The position numbers were made by a program, and so were the translations under genes. DNA of 63,972 bases, the filler included, from Choristocarpus tenellus KU-1152 (lineage: Eukaryota > Protista > Phaeophyceae): assembly GCA_964200185.2 (NCBI GenBank). It is 8 parts of 8 records of this genome, joined end to end, with 100 filler letters (N's around TTAATTAATTAA, not from the genome) between each part and the next. Parts side by side here need not be neighbours in the genome. Positions count along the whole stretch, not along the records: positions 1 to 10,292 come from CAXNAD020003013.1; positions 10,393 to 17,087 come from CAXNAD020007551.1; 6 more parts are not named here. One strand, 5' to 3'. Positions 1 to 13,500 of the stretch are shown piece by piece. Each line of letters starts with the position of its first letter. Position 1 is the first letter of the stretch. Below the pieces are notes generated by a model. The model saw only the letters and a program-made list of their open reading frames with translations, was not told where the DNA came from and searched no databases.

Positions 1-18
1 CCCCAGATACTTTGACCC
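1..18. mobile_element. Terminal fragment of poly-C-type MITE (family 2) at window start
   Basis: CCCCAGATACTTTGACCC; its reverse complement GGGTCAAAGTATCTGGGG matches the TIR core of the elements at 24865-25043 and 18543-18800. Confidence 0.55.
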
Positions 19-536
19 ACTGATGCTTGAAGACACTCTTCTGAAGTGGAGACATATCACTGAAAGTCAACATCAGGTCTGGAATTCTACTATGGCATGA
101 TGGGATATGAAGCCATTCTTGGTGCTGACAGGCCTATACACAGTCTTGCTCAAAGAAGGCAACTTCAAAAAAGAGACATACAACACAGAAGATACAAGAT
201 ATCCATCAAGACATACAGTCATAGATTTGGAAGGGATAAAGGCAATTACCCAGAGCAAAATCAATAGAGATAGTGGATAGTGGTTGTCTACAGCACACCA
301 GGAAACATCAACATGTGAAATGTATGTTGCCCTGAGATTAAATACTCTTCTGCAGCAAGAGCTTTCTGATGTTTGCAAACAACAGCTTCGAAGAACAAGA
401 AATGAACATACAATGGGAGGACCAGTAAAGTGAGAAACAGCAACAGATACAGCACAAGAGTCAGTAGCAGCACCACACCAAAGCTTACGTATGTTCTTGG
501 AACAAAAAAAATATTACTTCTCTCACCTATATCCAC

Positions 537-3500
537 CTGAGATGGGAGGGTTGGAGGGGGAGGCACATCCAAGATCTTAAGTGGGCTGTCTGACATAGCA
601 GCCAGGCCCTCCATCATAGCCCGGCGCAATACACTGATGGCTCGACGGCCAGGGCCTAGAGTTGTGGACTTGGACAAGATGCTGTGATCCCCCAGATCCT
701 CCACATGTGCATGAATGAACTGTAGGAGTAAGGGGTCAGTCCAGGCGAAATGAGACCAGATAGAGGGGGTAGTAGTGATAATCACTATTACATTTCACAC
801 AAGTACCTGTTTAGTTTGTCAGCAGGTCACCTACAAAACAGCGGTAGCTTCGTACAAAAACAGGGAAACAATACTCCAACATGTAATATTAGTACTTTGT
901 TGGACATAGAAGTGTTGCAGGTTTAGGAAATACCCTCAGACCATCCTAAATCTACATTTGATTGATCAACTAAAAAAGATGCAGGGTAGGGGGTGGCTGA
1001 TTATGACTGGTCCTAACCCATCCAGAGAAGTCAATGTACTTTCTGCTCAGCGAGCAATACATTTTTTTGTTCCCCTCAAATACGCCTCTTGTTCATCTGT
1101 CCGGTCAGGGTTAGGGCTCTTCTGAGCACAAAACACACACACACAGATTTTTTAAAATTATGATTGGACATCAAAAAGCATGGGTATAACAGATACAGCA
1201 TAGAGTATAGCGATACAAGTTTGGGCAGGGGATAGCACAGGAGATTCATCCCACCTTGCGCTCAAATTTTCCCATTGGGAGAGGAAAGCACGCTTGCTGT
1301 ATCTCGTCCTTGGAAACCTTCTCCACCCATGCAGCAACCCAGGCCTTCCAATCTTCAGTAAGAGATGCCTCAAGGGCCTCTCCAGCCTTGGCTCTATTCT
1401 GCCCAGCTCCTTCACCAATGCCTGCTCATCCCATATCAATCCAAATGAAAGAACCAGTAAATATTCACCCCGTATCCCACCAAGAGAGGAGGGATGGATG
1501 GAATAATACCAACAGCAATATTAATAGAAGAGTGAGCATAAAAGAGCAACAACTACCAATATTAAAACAATATGAAGGGTGGGAGAAATTTAGGTTTGTG
1601 AGCGCCTTAAAATTCTCCCAAAAATCAGGGTTTGGTTGGAGTGGGAGTGAGGGGACAGGTAGCTAGACCCACATAATAAAGATCTATTTGATAGCTTCAG
1701 AAATCAAAGCACAGCTGAGCTGCAGAAGTTGTGTTCATGTGTTGATGGTAGGGATCATATGTGGGGTAGGATGGGGTGGGATGTCGGGGCATCTCCTTAC
1801 AGATTGTGACTCTCAGCTCAAGTACATACATAAAACCCCCATAAGGATACAAGAGATTGTGTGGTAAGTTAGTCATCTATTCAAAAGTAATTCAACCATC
1901 TGGGTCAAGTGAACACCTCTTGTACTGTTGTTTGCCAGGAAAAAAAATACATATTTAAATGTGCTCAACAGAGGAAGATACTTATTGTACCATTGTAGTG
2001 GCCCATAATCAAAACAATAATATTGCACCTCACAAAAGAAACAGATAAATATCAGACAGGTAATACACAATTTTGCATTACCCTGCACTACCACACACTG
2101 CTCATTACATCCTACCAAAGCAATACAGATATCATAAAACTTGCATCCACTGCATGAATGTACCACAGCATCCTCAAGTTAAATGTCATCAGACCAATAC
2201 AAAAAACAGAAACAAAAAAGAGTGAGTCCTTCACCCACTCATTCCCCACTCTGTTTATGACCCCTCTTCCACCCACCATCCTCCGGCAGAGGTTCCATGT
2301 CCTTCATGTCTATCAGGTCTTCAGGATTTTCCTCATTCCACAAGCGGGCAGCATTCTAAGAGCAGTGATGGTGTTAGATCACTTTGTGTATCAGTTTGGT
2401 TAGGGTGCGTCATCTACACACATCAGCATGTTTGTTCATGTGTATGCATATGTGTGTGTTTGTTGGCAAAGGTGCTATTGCCAAGGTACAAAGAAATACA
2501 TGGTGATAGGGTATTAAGAAGGGAGGGTGATATTGACAGCGGCTGAGCATTGTGGTTGCTGCTGATTTTGAAAGCTAGACAAGAATAGGCTATGACCTAA
2601 TTTGAATATAGGGAGTAGGGCTGGAGGTGAGGTACTATGGTAGTAAATACAAGGTTAAACCTGAGAAAAAAACAAAACAATACCTTCAAGTAAAATTAGT
2701 TAGGGCTCAGGTTATTATCTTCCCCACCCCCCACCTCTGAAAATGTGTCCCCAGGAAGGGTCAGAAAACCACACTCCCTGTATAAGAGTGGGGAAAATCT
2801 TGTTAATACATTCAACAGTTAACCACAAAATCTGTATGGGAATACTCACACTACTTCAATACCGTTTAAGGGTACTCACCACTTGTTATATGCTCCTATA
2901 CTCCTCATATCCCCTCCCCCGGTCCAGCCCCTTCCTATACTTAGCAAAAAAACAGGACTGCAAAACACTTGTCTTTTACTTTACACCAGCCTAGTGTAGA
3001 GTAATACGAGTCCAAAATGTTATCAAAAGAAATAGCAGTGTTCACAAATGAGAAAGATACATAGAGGGGAATGAATCCCTCTGCCATCTTACAAAGGCCT
3101 ATCACAGTAGTGATTACCATAGCACTTCAATACAGTACTTGAATACAGTACTTGAATACAGTACTTGGAAAGATTTCCATCATAGTGTCAATTACCATCG
3201 AATTCTGACCACAGTAAAACACTACAGAACCATTCCTTAAATATGAAAAATTATCACACACTCAGCACCCAAATATTTGAGCAATAGCCACCATGGTACT
3301 GTACCATGACGTACCGTGGAAATGTCAGAAAATGTCAGAAAACCCGTACAATTATCATTAAAAAATGAAGAAATGAACATGGAAGTGCCTGTAATGCATT
3401 GGAAAAAATGAGACAAATTGTATCATACTGTCCAAAAATAGAACTTACTGTACAAACATCATAAAGAACTCTCCACATGTGCTATTTTACCGGATGATCT

Positions 3501-6500
3501 TTGTTGTGTGCCTGTATGCCAAGATGGGATCCTTATGACTCACTTTTTTGTGGTTCACCTGGGAAGGAGTTCTGTACATGCACAACTTTTGCACGGTCAA
3601 AAGCAAATCAACACCAGATTTGTCTTGATTTTTACAGAAAAATGTATTGTATTGTCCATTTTCCATAGGGGAAAGTACTACAGATGGTACAACTATACAC
3701 CAGCCACAGCATAAAAAAACATTGCATGAAGAATGACTTGGTAATACTTCATTAATGCGGATCCAACACAAGATTCTGGAACCACTGCACCATCCATACC
3801 ATACCTCCAAATAAGCAAAACACTGTCCAAAGCATCCAAATATCATGGAAAACCATGGAATTACTGTACCATACGTATGAAAAAGGTTTTAAAGACCTAG
3901 AAAAAAATGGTGTAGCCAAATACTGCACAAAATTGTCATGCTAGCTCCAGGCAATTTCATACAAGATTTTGTAACAAACAGGCTCTACCCTAGGTGAAAT
4001 AAAACTAGAAAATGGATCAATGCAATAAATCAGTAATGCACCTAAAGGAAAACAACTGGGATAAATGATACATTATTCACTCCGAGAGAAATCAAAGAAA
4101 CTGCTTCATACCATGGTTTTAGGAAGAGTTACAGTTATTGCACTGAACAATTTGTCTCAAAGTAAACCCTACTATACTCTAGCATACTGTGGCGTGGTAA
4201 ACAGCTGATGTTTATCACACAGTTGCGTGAAATCCCTAATGTCAAGAGTCTTAATTTTACTCAGAACAGTGGAGGACTGACAGTTGTGATGCCTACTACA
4301 AGCAAATGTATCCCCAAGCAATAAAATGACAGCACAAATCAAGAACACATTGAAAAACAAAAGACAAGTCCTCTTGCAACAAACACAAACACACAAGCAC
4401 GTGCACACTGATTTGAAACTGATTTGAAACTGATTTGAAACTCCTGCCAACTGAAAATTGCTTCTTCCCTCTTTGCATCTCAACAACTTTACAACAAGTG
4501 CATTCAACGCACACAATTCCTTCAAACACAAAAAACCCCAAAGTACAACAACATACAAGTTGGGGTAATGCAGAAGGAACAGACTGAGTTGAATGGTGAA
4601 CAGAGTAAGGAAGTCAAGGCAAACTACTCAGAGACTCAATAATCAAGAACACATTGGCGGGGGGGCAGAAGGGCAGCAACTAGGGGAGTAGGGTAGGAAA
4701 ATACACCTGTAGCATGGCAAGACTGGCATGCTGCTTAGCGGTCTTCATGCTTGTACCTCTCCCCTCCCCTGTAATCCTATCATTTGGGCCAACGGAAAAG
4801 GAGCATAAGTACTCCAGTTGCCCATCTTTACCTGAGACTTGTTCAAAATCAGGCACTGCCTGGACTCCAAAGTGGAACAATGAAGAAGAAAATTTGGGGG
4901 TGGGTAGGCAAGGGGTCAGACCAGGAAAAGAGTGGTATGCATCAGATGTCAATCAGGAGCATTATGGAAGGTTGAGAATTCTTGCAGCAAATTTTTTTGG
5001 TACATTCTCAAATTAAGAGTGGAACAGGTAGTTCTTACAAACCGAAAGGACTTACAACTATGATTAAATCGACTTAAAACTATGATTAAATAGTCTTACA
5101 ACTATGATTAAATCGGTTACACAATTATTTCAACTAACTGAATTGAACGGTTGTAGATGCACATCCCAGCCCATCTCAGGAGCCACCAAAGTATATACAA
5201 CTAAGTGGAGCTTACTGTATTGATATTACCTTGATCTAACATTACAAGAGGAAATGATCGGGTCAATGCCTTCATCCCGTTCTAAACTCACCAAACCACA
5301 GTATCCATTGCAGACAAACAATATAGCGATACTACTTGCCTTTGAAATAATATGACATGTCACCAATGTCTAGAACGTTCTGAGGGTTAAAAACTTCATG
5401 ACATGCCCTATAGATAATATTGAAAAGTAGAACTCAAAGTACCATATTATAAACAAGAAAGAAAAAAAAACACAAGCGATATCCAATCCAGCCTATCCAA
5501 GAATCCAAATTACATGAACTTACCACCCCTGTCCACTACCTTAGGTGAAACTGTATTATTATTACTACTGCATAGTATTACAAAGACCTGTCACCCATTT
5601 CCTTTCCAAAGAGTCTCAAGTATGTCCATGTGTAATGGTCAACACTTTGCAAAAATATCTCAACTGCACAGGGCAATATGCCTATTGTTCGATTGACAGA
5701 TTGGTCAATAAGGATCACCATAATAAGAACACAAACCAATACAAAACACCTTCTGTATAAGTAATCCTTCAAGTGACATAACGTGTATCATGCCTCACAC
5801 AATCAATCGCCTTCAAGAATAATTAGCAAAAAAACTATACCTAATCAAATAGTTCAATCCACAGGTCTGAAACTTTTCTCAAGTCCTACCGTGCATTAAA
5901 AGTACATTGCAAACATTGAATGAACACATGCCAAAAGCTGTGATTATCCTGTGGCGGTTGCAGGCATATCTCAACACAGAAGGTACACCTTCAATGTGGC
6001 ACTATAACATAACCTGTGCCTCCAACTCGGATGAAAGTCAAATATTGAAATTGCCTTGCAAAGTCAAGTTGACAGCAATCAAGTCATTTTAAAAAACAAA
6101 TCCAAAGTAGTCAGTGCGGCAGGCAAAAGAATAGCCAGTTTTAATATCTACCAAGATAGTCTACAAAAGTGTGTCTATACTTTGGTTGCATTGCGCCAGT
6201 CAACCCTATTCCAATCATTGCACTGTCCAAGAAATACTTGTAATATTCAGAATGCTCAAATTAAAGCATAAAACTCCAAGCTACAACAAGACACTCTGTG
6301 ATGTACACAAACAAAAAACAATAAGCAGGACTACTGTCAAGCAAAACAAAAACCACAGCCTGCAAGACCTCAAGAAAAAATCCCTCCTATATTACACATC
6401 CTCACAGGGACAAATATGCATGTGAGGGCACTTTGAAAGGTACCTGATACACATACAAGCAGAGGGAACAGCAAACCACACACACCTGGAACCTACACTT

Positions 6501-9500
6501 CATGGAATACTCATTTAGCACCATAGCAGGGCTCATCCTTGGCCTGTTCACCGTCGGTGGTCTTGGTACCTTCCACTTCCACCCAGTCTCTTCATTCTCC
6601 TCCTCCTCCTCCTCCCCCTCCCCCTCCCTCCCCCCTCTCCCGCTCTCTTCCCCCCTTAGTCCTTCCCCAACTGCATCGCCCTCGTTCTCTCTATCCCAAT
6701 CTCCACCTCCCCCATACTTTGGAACATGCCCTGGCCCATGTTGAGACAGCCTGTGTGCTGCCATCATCCGCTTCTCCTGCAAATCCTTCTCTGCAGCAAT
6801 ACGGGCGGCAGAGTCTCCTGCAGCCCGTTCCCTCTCCTCTCTCATCTCTGACAGCTTTGCACGCACCCTCAACAGCCACCGTGCAGCCTCGCTCCTCCCT
6901 CTGCCCTTCCCTTTCCCTCCAACCGCAGACTCTTCTTCCCCCCCTCCCACTTGTTTGTCCCCATCCCTGTATTTCTCCTCTCCCTTGCCCTCTAAATCTG
7001 CCGAGGCAGCCTCAACAAGATCCGCCTCTGCTGCCTCATACATGCGTTGGCGTATCTTTACCCTGGCACGCCAATAGCTTGCCTTGGGGGTAGGACAGGG
7101 ATAGGGTTAAGGTTAGAATAAATATATACAATGAGTATTGGGGCTAATCATTGCTGTGTCAAAGTATGGAGCACATCTAAGTAGGTGCTTAAAGTGATTG
7201 AGAGGTTCCCAAAACTATCATATGCAAGGAGTTTTGACCAAAGAGCAAAAAGAGGTGTGATTACAACTGAGCCGGAGCTCCAGGAATCACTGATTTGTTG
7301 TACCATAGTGAGCCAATGTGGAGTAGTCTTCTTGGGCTAGGACATCAACTTGTGGGTAATGCTCAATCCACAAAAGTTGTTGACATGTCGTAACAGTACA
7401 CACACACACACTGGAAAATGTGCTTACATGTTCAAAACTTATTAATTCCTATTGCGAGGCTCCTGTTTGAAGGCCAGTTAGGAGAGGGGATACAAAAAAA
7501 AGGTCATAGATGCTACAGTTGCTGCTGGAAGTTGGAAAAGTAGGGGTCACACAACTTCCAAGGGCAAAAGGCGCGGAATCGAAACACTAATGAGGCAGCC
7601 TAAGCTCTTCCCCACCAAAGAACTATGCTGTATATGCATACATCTACTATACCCTCAGTATCTGAAATATAAAAAGCACACTTACTTCAGGGCGGATGTG
7701 AACAAATAACAAAGAAATATTAGAGCAATACCAATCTTTTTACACAACTAAAACATTGAAAATCAACAGTTTTTGGTTTTTCCCAGTAGTGATGTGCTAG
7801 GGCAAGCTGTTCAAGAGAACGCCTTCACTGCTGATAGGTGCCTCGCCTTCCACACTGCAAGCAAAAACAGGGCAGAAGCTGCCCAATTATGTAAAAGAAT
7901 TACTCCGCCAAATGGTTTTCAGAAGCGTCACAGAGTTCTTCAACCCCAAAAATCATGACAGGAAGAAAGCCACAATTGTGGAGTCTGAGTATGATGTTTC
8001 AAACACAACATCACCTCTACGACGCACAAGGCAGCAATGGTGGTGACCCTTTAGTCATGTGAGCACGCTGAAAAAAAAAGAAGTTGGTATCTTGAGGTCA
8101 GCGCTCCCCAACACAAGCCTCCACGGAATGAGGATACGCCTAATACTACAGGAGATCTGCTGTGGTAAACTCAGGTTGAAACAGTATGCACTGCTGGCAA
8201 TCCAAATAGACATCATGGGAATAGCAGACCATGATTTGTGTTGAAAAGCATAATCATTTCGTGCCTCAAGACCAGCATCCAGAGTCAAGGGTACACAGAG
8301 GGGCCTTCATCTCATGTACATCTCATGTACTGATGCACAAGCACAAAGGTGCACTAGAAATACAAGGCCTACAACTTTTCCCAGTCCACCATCAGGTACA
8401 GAGTATGCACAGGTTAAACAAAAGTCGAAAAAAAGGGTCACAAGCTCACTTTTGGTGAGTCATGCTGGCAGCCAAAATCAAATCAGGCACCTCTTATCAG
8501 TCTCCATTTGAACAGCAAAAATTTAATCCTATCTTCATGATAATGTCTACATACACCCCCTCCTCACTTAGCTGACTCTGCAATGATCATGACTCACCTG
8601 TGCAATAAATACCTAAAACAACCTGTGATGTAAACCACTGAGCCTGAGGGTGTACTCCAACCACTTTAAGGCAGTACAAGCTTCATACACACCTATATAT
8701 TACACATAAACACTATCAATTATTGCTGTATACTACATACTATACATAGATGTCCCAATATGTACATTATGTTACAACATCATAACAATACTTCAAAAAT
8801 ATAACTATCCTTCAAAAACACTTTCACTTTTCTCCTCCCACACCTTCGCACATCTTCCCCCTGTTGCTGCAAGAGCACTGTTGCATGCCCTCACCACCAG
8901 CCCCAGAGCCTCACCCGGAACAGGGGCTGCTGCAGCCGCCTTAAACCCTGCCACAGCTGCATTACACAGGCAAGACACACGCTCCACCTCCATTCTCTCC
9001 CTCCCAATAGCACCCACACCTGCTGTTGCACCAAAGACAGAGCTTGGGCCTTCCAGCGTTTCCGCAGCATGCATGTAGCTCTTAGGGTTAGGGTTACAAA
9101 GGGATACCATTGTAGAGAGTGTGCCATTTGGGTAAGGGGGTTTAGAGAGGGTTGAATGGAGGGTTAAGGAGGCAAACGTCCAACCTTGTGCACAGTTGCG
9201 AAGTGTTTTAATAAGGGAATGGCAATCATGACTGCAGTGAGGTAAGTGGGGATGTGGGAGATATTGGCCAGCAGGAAAATTCAACATTAGCTACAAGTCT
9301 TCTCCAGGGTAAACAGTAACTGGCATACAATCATACATGAAGCACTATCCTAATGGCCCACCGGCCCAGCGCTTGGCTGATAGTGATAGCACTAAGGGAT
9401 GAGTCTTGAGCATCATTAACACTCTAAAATATGTACTTGGAATTCAGGGACACGCACTGTCTGTAATGGAAACTATATTCATAATACTTTATCGAGGTCA

Positions 9501-10251
9501 GGGAGAGGACATCAATACACACACTCACAACAAGACATTATAAACAATACTCCAGAAGGGACAAAGGTTTTGCCCTTAAAATATTGCCCCAGCTGCAATT
9601 GCATTGGTGGTTTATGAAAATACAGCAAGTGCTAGACTCATTGCTTAGCCTCACTCAGGTCTTCAGGGCACATGAATATCAAAGTCAAGAGTGTGCTGGG
9701 AAACAACATCAATCAGGAAATGTGCTGCACTCAACACTACATTTATGTTTCTGATTGAACCAATGGTTGCACAAGACTGGAGAACATAGTGTAAGATGAG
9801 AAAAAAAACAAAAGATAAACAAAAGATCCACATGTGAGGGAGATCAACGAATAAAACATAGCATCTGCAACAATGACAACAATGTAATATACTAAAATGT
9901 GTCTCAGGCAGCATCAGCAGGCAGAGGGGAATATGTTGTGTGTCAGGTGGTGTAATTTTTGAAAAGAAAAGGGAATGGAATAGACAATTGTTTATCAAGC
10001 CTGCTCCACCTGTACTGTCAGCACACACATCTATCAATACCCTCAGGTGGCAGCAGTTGTGGTAATGAGACATTGACAGAATGTGGAAGTGATGGGGTGG
10101 TGGTAGGGATCGGGGAGATCAGAGCTGGGGTCAGAACCAAACCCGACTCAATCCTCTTGAGCTGCTGCATAATGTGTACCTTCGCAGCCCCCATGAAGTC
10201 TCCCCGCATGAACTTAATCTTGGACTCCACCTTGGTTCCCTCTGCCACAGC
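537..10251 (-). CDS. TPR (3 repeats) + dsRNA-binding domain + R3H domain protein, partial
   Basis: Phase-consistent GT-AG exons: ~10251-10180, 9080-8844, 7082-6486, 4859-4707, 2355-2277, 1421-1255, 719-537. TPRs: AEGTKVESKIKFMRGDFMGAAK|SYMHAAETLE...SCLCNAAVAGFK...VVRACNSAL...CAK|ASYWRARVKIRQRMYEAAEADLVEA. dsRBD: SPAMVLNEYSMKCRFQ|AVPDFEQVSG...YLCSFSVG...GEGRGTSMKTAKQHASLAML. R3H: FPLPMGKFERK|FIHAHVEDLG...LSKSTTLGPGRRAISVLR. True start and stop are not resolved. Confidence 0.8.
3124..3167. repeat. 13-bp tandem repeat (ACTTGAATACAGT) x~3.3, intronic
   Basis: Direct reading of the sequence. Confidence 0.8.
4408..4442. repeat. 11-bp tandem repeat (CTGATTTGAAA) x3, intronic
   Basis: Direct reading of the sequence. 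Confidence 0.8.
5050..5120. repeat. 22-bp tandem repeat (~ACTTACAACTATGATTAAATCG) x3, intronic
   Basis: Direct reading; a few mismatches between units. Confidence 0.75.
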
Positions 10252-10292
10252 CTGGGGTGGATGCAGCGGGTGCAGAATATCTAGGTGAGGAG

Positions 10293-10392
10293 NNNNNNNN
10301 NNNNNNNNNNNNNNNNNNNNNNNNNNNNNNNNNNNNTTAATTAATTAANNNNNNNNNNNNNNNNNNNNNNNNNNNNNNNNNNNNNNNNNNNN
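10293..10392. other. Artificial contig spacer (N44-TTAATTAATTAA-N44)
   Basis: Exactly 100 bp with a six-frame-stop linker; recurs 7 times. Confidence 0.98.
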
Positions 10393-10529
10393 CGGAAAAA
10401 GAAAAAATAACTGAAAAAAAAAAAAAAAATTTTTCCCCCCACAACACCAAACCCCCCCCCCCCCCCCCCACCAAACCCCATCGACCAGCAAAGGTGACAC
10501 TCCTCTCCACCCTCCTCTTCACCACACAC

Positions 10530-13500
10530 CTGAGTTGTCCCACAGCACTACCATCTGCATCACTGCTACTGCCGTTGCTGTTGCTGCCACCGCTGTTGCT
10601 CCCTTCATATCCCGCACAGATAGGCAAGAGCAACCCACAAGATACCATTTCTGAACCCAACCTCACAGCCTCGGTTCGGTTCCCCTTGCAATCTCCACAA
10701 GATGACACCAGCCACCGCACTACCTGCAAGGGACAGGGAGGAGGGGATGCACACACATGCAAAAAAATATAACAAACTTGTTCTAATGAGCCACCAACCA
10801 GAACAGACACACCAGCACAAGCAGAATGCTAGTAGTTGCACTTGACAGGCTCTCCCCATCCCCAAGGGAGTTCAGTCTGGAATCTGTACTATGTCAGCGC
10901 CATGACTACACACACTTCACTTGGGCAGTTTGATTCAATGCAATCTCTGCCACCTTAAAACTGTACAACAAAAAAATCGCCCCTCCCCCCCCCCAGCATC
11001 CCAAGAGAGTCATTCACACGAAGTACCCTACAACATCACAGCATCACCTGCTCGCCGGTGATAGCCCTGTCAATGCAACGGAGTCGCACAAAACACTCTC
11101 CTGCAGGGACTGCCCTCCTCAATCGCACTGCAAGCCGGGTAAGCCATGCGGTGTAGTCTGTTGCCAATGCTGCAGCAGCAACCGCTTCCACACTGCCCCC
11201 TCCCCCTGGGCGGCCCCAGCTATGTACAACCTCCCCATTTTTCCCTAGCCGTCTATCATCAGCCTCCAGTTGCAACTTTGTAGTGGACAACCCACTGTTG
11301 TCTGGGTTGTCCCCTGAGCATTTGCTTCCTCTGTCGTCCACATCAGAGTTCACCTCACTCACACCATCCTCCACACTGGTTGCTGTTGTAAAGTCACTAT
11401 CTCCTGAACTGAAGTGAGAAGAAGGTAAGTCTAGGGGAGCGTGCTGAACCTGACGGTGCCCAAGAAACTCTCTAATCTCCGTGCTGAAAAAAACAAGTCA
11501 ACAACAATACAGGAGAAAAGTTGTAAAGTGTGAGCTTGACTTTAGACCAAGGGCCTCAACGGAGGGAACACAAAGGTGCTGGTAGGAGGGAGGTGAGCAT
11601 CTGCACCGAGAACACAGTCAAAACAAGCATTGAATCCTGCAACAACAATCCACAGTCTATCAACAGACACCTCTCCTCGGGTGAGAAAGGATAGGGGTTG
11701 TTTGTTCTCCAACAGTCAACACGATGCAAAAGTCTACAAAGGGGAAAGAGTAGAGCACAAGCACCATGACAGAGCAAGACAGAAGGGGCATGCGGTAACC
11801 CACTGGTAGATCACCTCAGGAACTGCCGCTGACCTAACAGGTGCCTCAAGAAAGCCCCCAGTGACTTTGCATCATGGGAAGTGTCAGAGCGGTGGGGAAC
11901 TGGTGCTGTTTGTACCAATAGGTTCGAAGGGTCAGGGCCACTGACGCCAGCGACTCCCTCAGCAGCAGAGTGGCGGACTGTCCTTAGAAGAGGTCGTTTT
12001 ACTCGTATGCAGAAATCTTGCCCAAACTGAAGGGCAAGGGAATCATATAGTGTAAGAGCGTCAGAGCCTGATCGCCACACACGCCATTCGCCATTCAGTC
12101 CACCTCCTCTGATTCTCATTGATCCTCCACTGCCTCCTCCAAATGGAAAGATGTTTAGACTAGGAGACTGGTGCTCAACCACTGCACTACCATGGCCCCA
12201 CCAGTCCATCTCTCCTTGCCCACTTGCATGCACAGCAAGCTCAAACTGAACACCCAAGGGTCCCTGGTTCATGCTACCAACCCCATGAGCTCCACCCTCC
12301 AGGGCACCAGAGGTACCTCTCATGTCAAGGGGCGAGGGGCACCATGGCTTCACTGCTGCTGACATATTCGGAAGAGTATGGGAAGGAGTAGGAAGAAGAG
12401 GAGTGGCATCAATCTCTGATCTGCTTATGGTTGCAGCCCTTGATGATGTGTCTGCCAAGGAAGACACTTCTGTCCAGTTGTCTGATATGGCCGGGCCACC
12501 ATGAGAGCAGGGGACTCCATTTGCATCTACAAACCTCCAGCGGGTTACCGATACATTGTAGACAGGGGCTGTTGCCTTGGGAGGTGGCCTTGCTGGGGGG
12601 GCGTGAGGAGTCACTGCTGCTGCTCTCATCAGTACCCCAGTGCCTAGCACTGCCCCTGTATTATTGATGCAGTGGTTGGCTGGGAATTCTGGTGCCAGTG
12701 AGGTCAAGGCATCATCTGTATCTAGGTCAGTATCAATGTTTCCACCGCCAGGGAAGATGCGCATCCACCTGAGAAGGACTTGAACGGGATAGGAGGACCA
12801 CGACACACAAGTTCTGAGTCCGCTGCTGCAACCACTTCTATCCTCAGGTTCAGGCGACCTCCAATGGTTGGCCGACACTATGCTGGAACCCAAATTCGTA
12901 GACGTGGAACGTCTGTTAGCTCCAAACACTTCACCTCGCCATCTTTCAACCCCAGGACCTAAGAGACCCTCCCTAAGTTCTCCGTTCAAGGGATTTGCGG
13001 GGAAGGGCCTACTTCTTGAGCCTAGGAACCAAACCCTGTCAGGTTCATTGTCCTGTCGAGATCGCCACGGCAGTCGCCATCTTTGCCACCAACTTTGATG
13101 TTGTCCCACACTGATATCACCTAGTAATAGGATCGAGGCTGGTATGCCATACTCTAAAGGGCCTGGTTCCTGCCAAGCGTCTCCAGAGGAGGGAGTGGTA
13201 CGCGTTGTGTAAGTCTCGTCCTTGGCCAACTGTATGCCCACCAAGAGGACATTGGCAGAGAACAACAACCAACTCAGGCCGAAGACCTCTGAGCGAAGCT
13301 CTCGGGGGCGCCGCCCCAGGGACGCTCCATAAAGGCCAGAGAGGACCACACTGAGGTATTGGGTAAGGGTGCCCAACCAAGAAGGGAGTGTGCTACTTAG
13401 ATTACATGACATCTTCGAAACTATTGCCAAATATATCAGGAGCTCGTTCGTTTCAGTGAGGACAGTTAGCATGAGAGGGGTGAGTTCTTCCATATACCAC

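Noticed and set aside
1158-1439. ORF-track protein MIWDEQALVKELG...
   Set aside because: Wrong frame; the splice phase and the R3H motif support the alternative frame ending FPLPMGKFERK.
6502-7093. Pro/Ser-rich plus-strand ORFs
   Set aside because: Antisense shadows of the Gly/Glu-rich minus-strand exon.
10393-10490. A/C homopolymer-rich stretch
   Set aside because: Looks like low-quality contig-end sequence.
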